IMG/VR virus record: IMGVR_UViG_3300020388_000011
Location: 1 to 64,000 of that record
Direction: 5' to 3' (one strand)
Length of the DNA: 64,000 bases
Source of the DNA: a virus
Taxonomy: Duplodnaviria > Caudoviricetes
Made by a program: the position numbers and the translations under genes. Of the stretch, positions 63,815-64,000 are shown piece after piece. The notes under the pieces were generated by a model. The model was not told the DNA's origin. It searched no databases and saw only the letters and a list, made by a program, of their open reading frames with translations. Positions within the stretch are counted from its first letter, which is position 1. Each line of letters opens with the position of its first letter.

Positions 63815-63985
63815 ATGGCTCATGAAGATCTTGAGTCATACTATAAAACAAACTTTGCACTTATTCAACACCATAAATACAGTCTTAGAGATATTGAAAA
63901 TCTAATCCCATGGGAAAGAGATATTTATGTCACTCTACTAAAGAACTGGATTGAGGAAGAAGAACAGCGCATAGCACAACAGTAA
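63815..63985 (+). CDS. gp51: Short gp51-like baseplate hub assembly ORF (not in ORF track)
   Basis: L..YYKTNFALIQHHKYSL..IENLIPWERDIYV.LL. Confidence 0.8.
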   Translation: MAHEDLESYYKTNFALIQHHKYSLRDIENLIPWERDIYVTLLKNWIEEEEQRIAQQ

Positions 63986-64000
63986 TACTACAAATGAGTT

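Overview
This window is a 64-kb segment of a T4-like cyanophage (Kyanoviridae-type myovirus) genome, almost entirely on the + strand. In order it contains: (1) a nine-gene glycan cluster (Gmd, Fcl/ColC-like reductase, His-type ColD-like 3-dehydratase, sulfotransferase, methyltransferases, GT8/GT61/GT7C/GT25 glycosyltransferases, an epimerase); (2) late-promoter-driven Thr-rich collagen-like fibre genes with two hli genes among them; (3) a variable region (subtilase cassette, small ORFs, a Lys/Glu-rich repeat protein, HNH); (4) giant virion/fibre genes (4075, 1878, 1330 and 559 aa); (5) core genes (nrdC, thyX, phoH, exonuclease, gp33, gp59, gp32, gp4, gp54-like, gp48, gp53, gp2-like, gp26, gp51) with a tandem glutamine riboswitch upstream of DUF4278-type peptides. 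The most notable observations are the 4075-aa protein, whose ~32 repeat half-domains parse by hand as balanced nested insertions (a recursive, tree-like protein); an apparently complete GDP-colitose pathway beside Gly-X-Thr collagens (candidate virion glycosylation system); a riboswitch-controlled, possibly split GifB-like module; a candidate -1 frameshift fusing gp26 to gp51; and an ORF-less promoter-terminator unit (candidate sRNA). All assignments come from motif recognition by eye; no searches were run.
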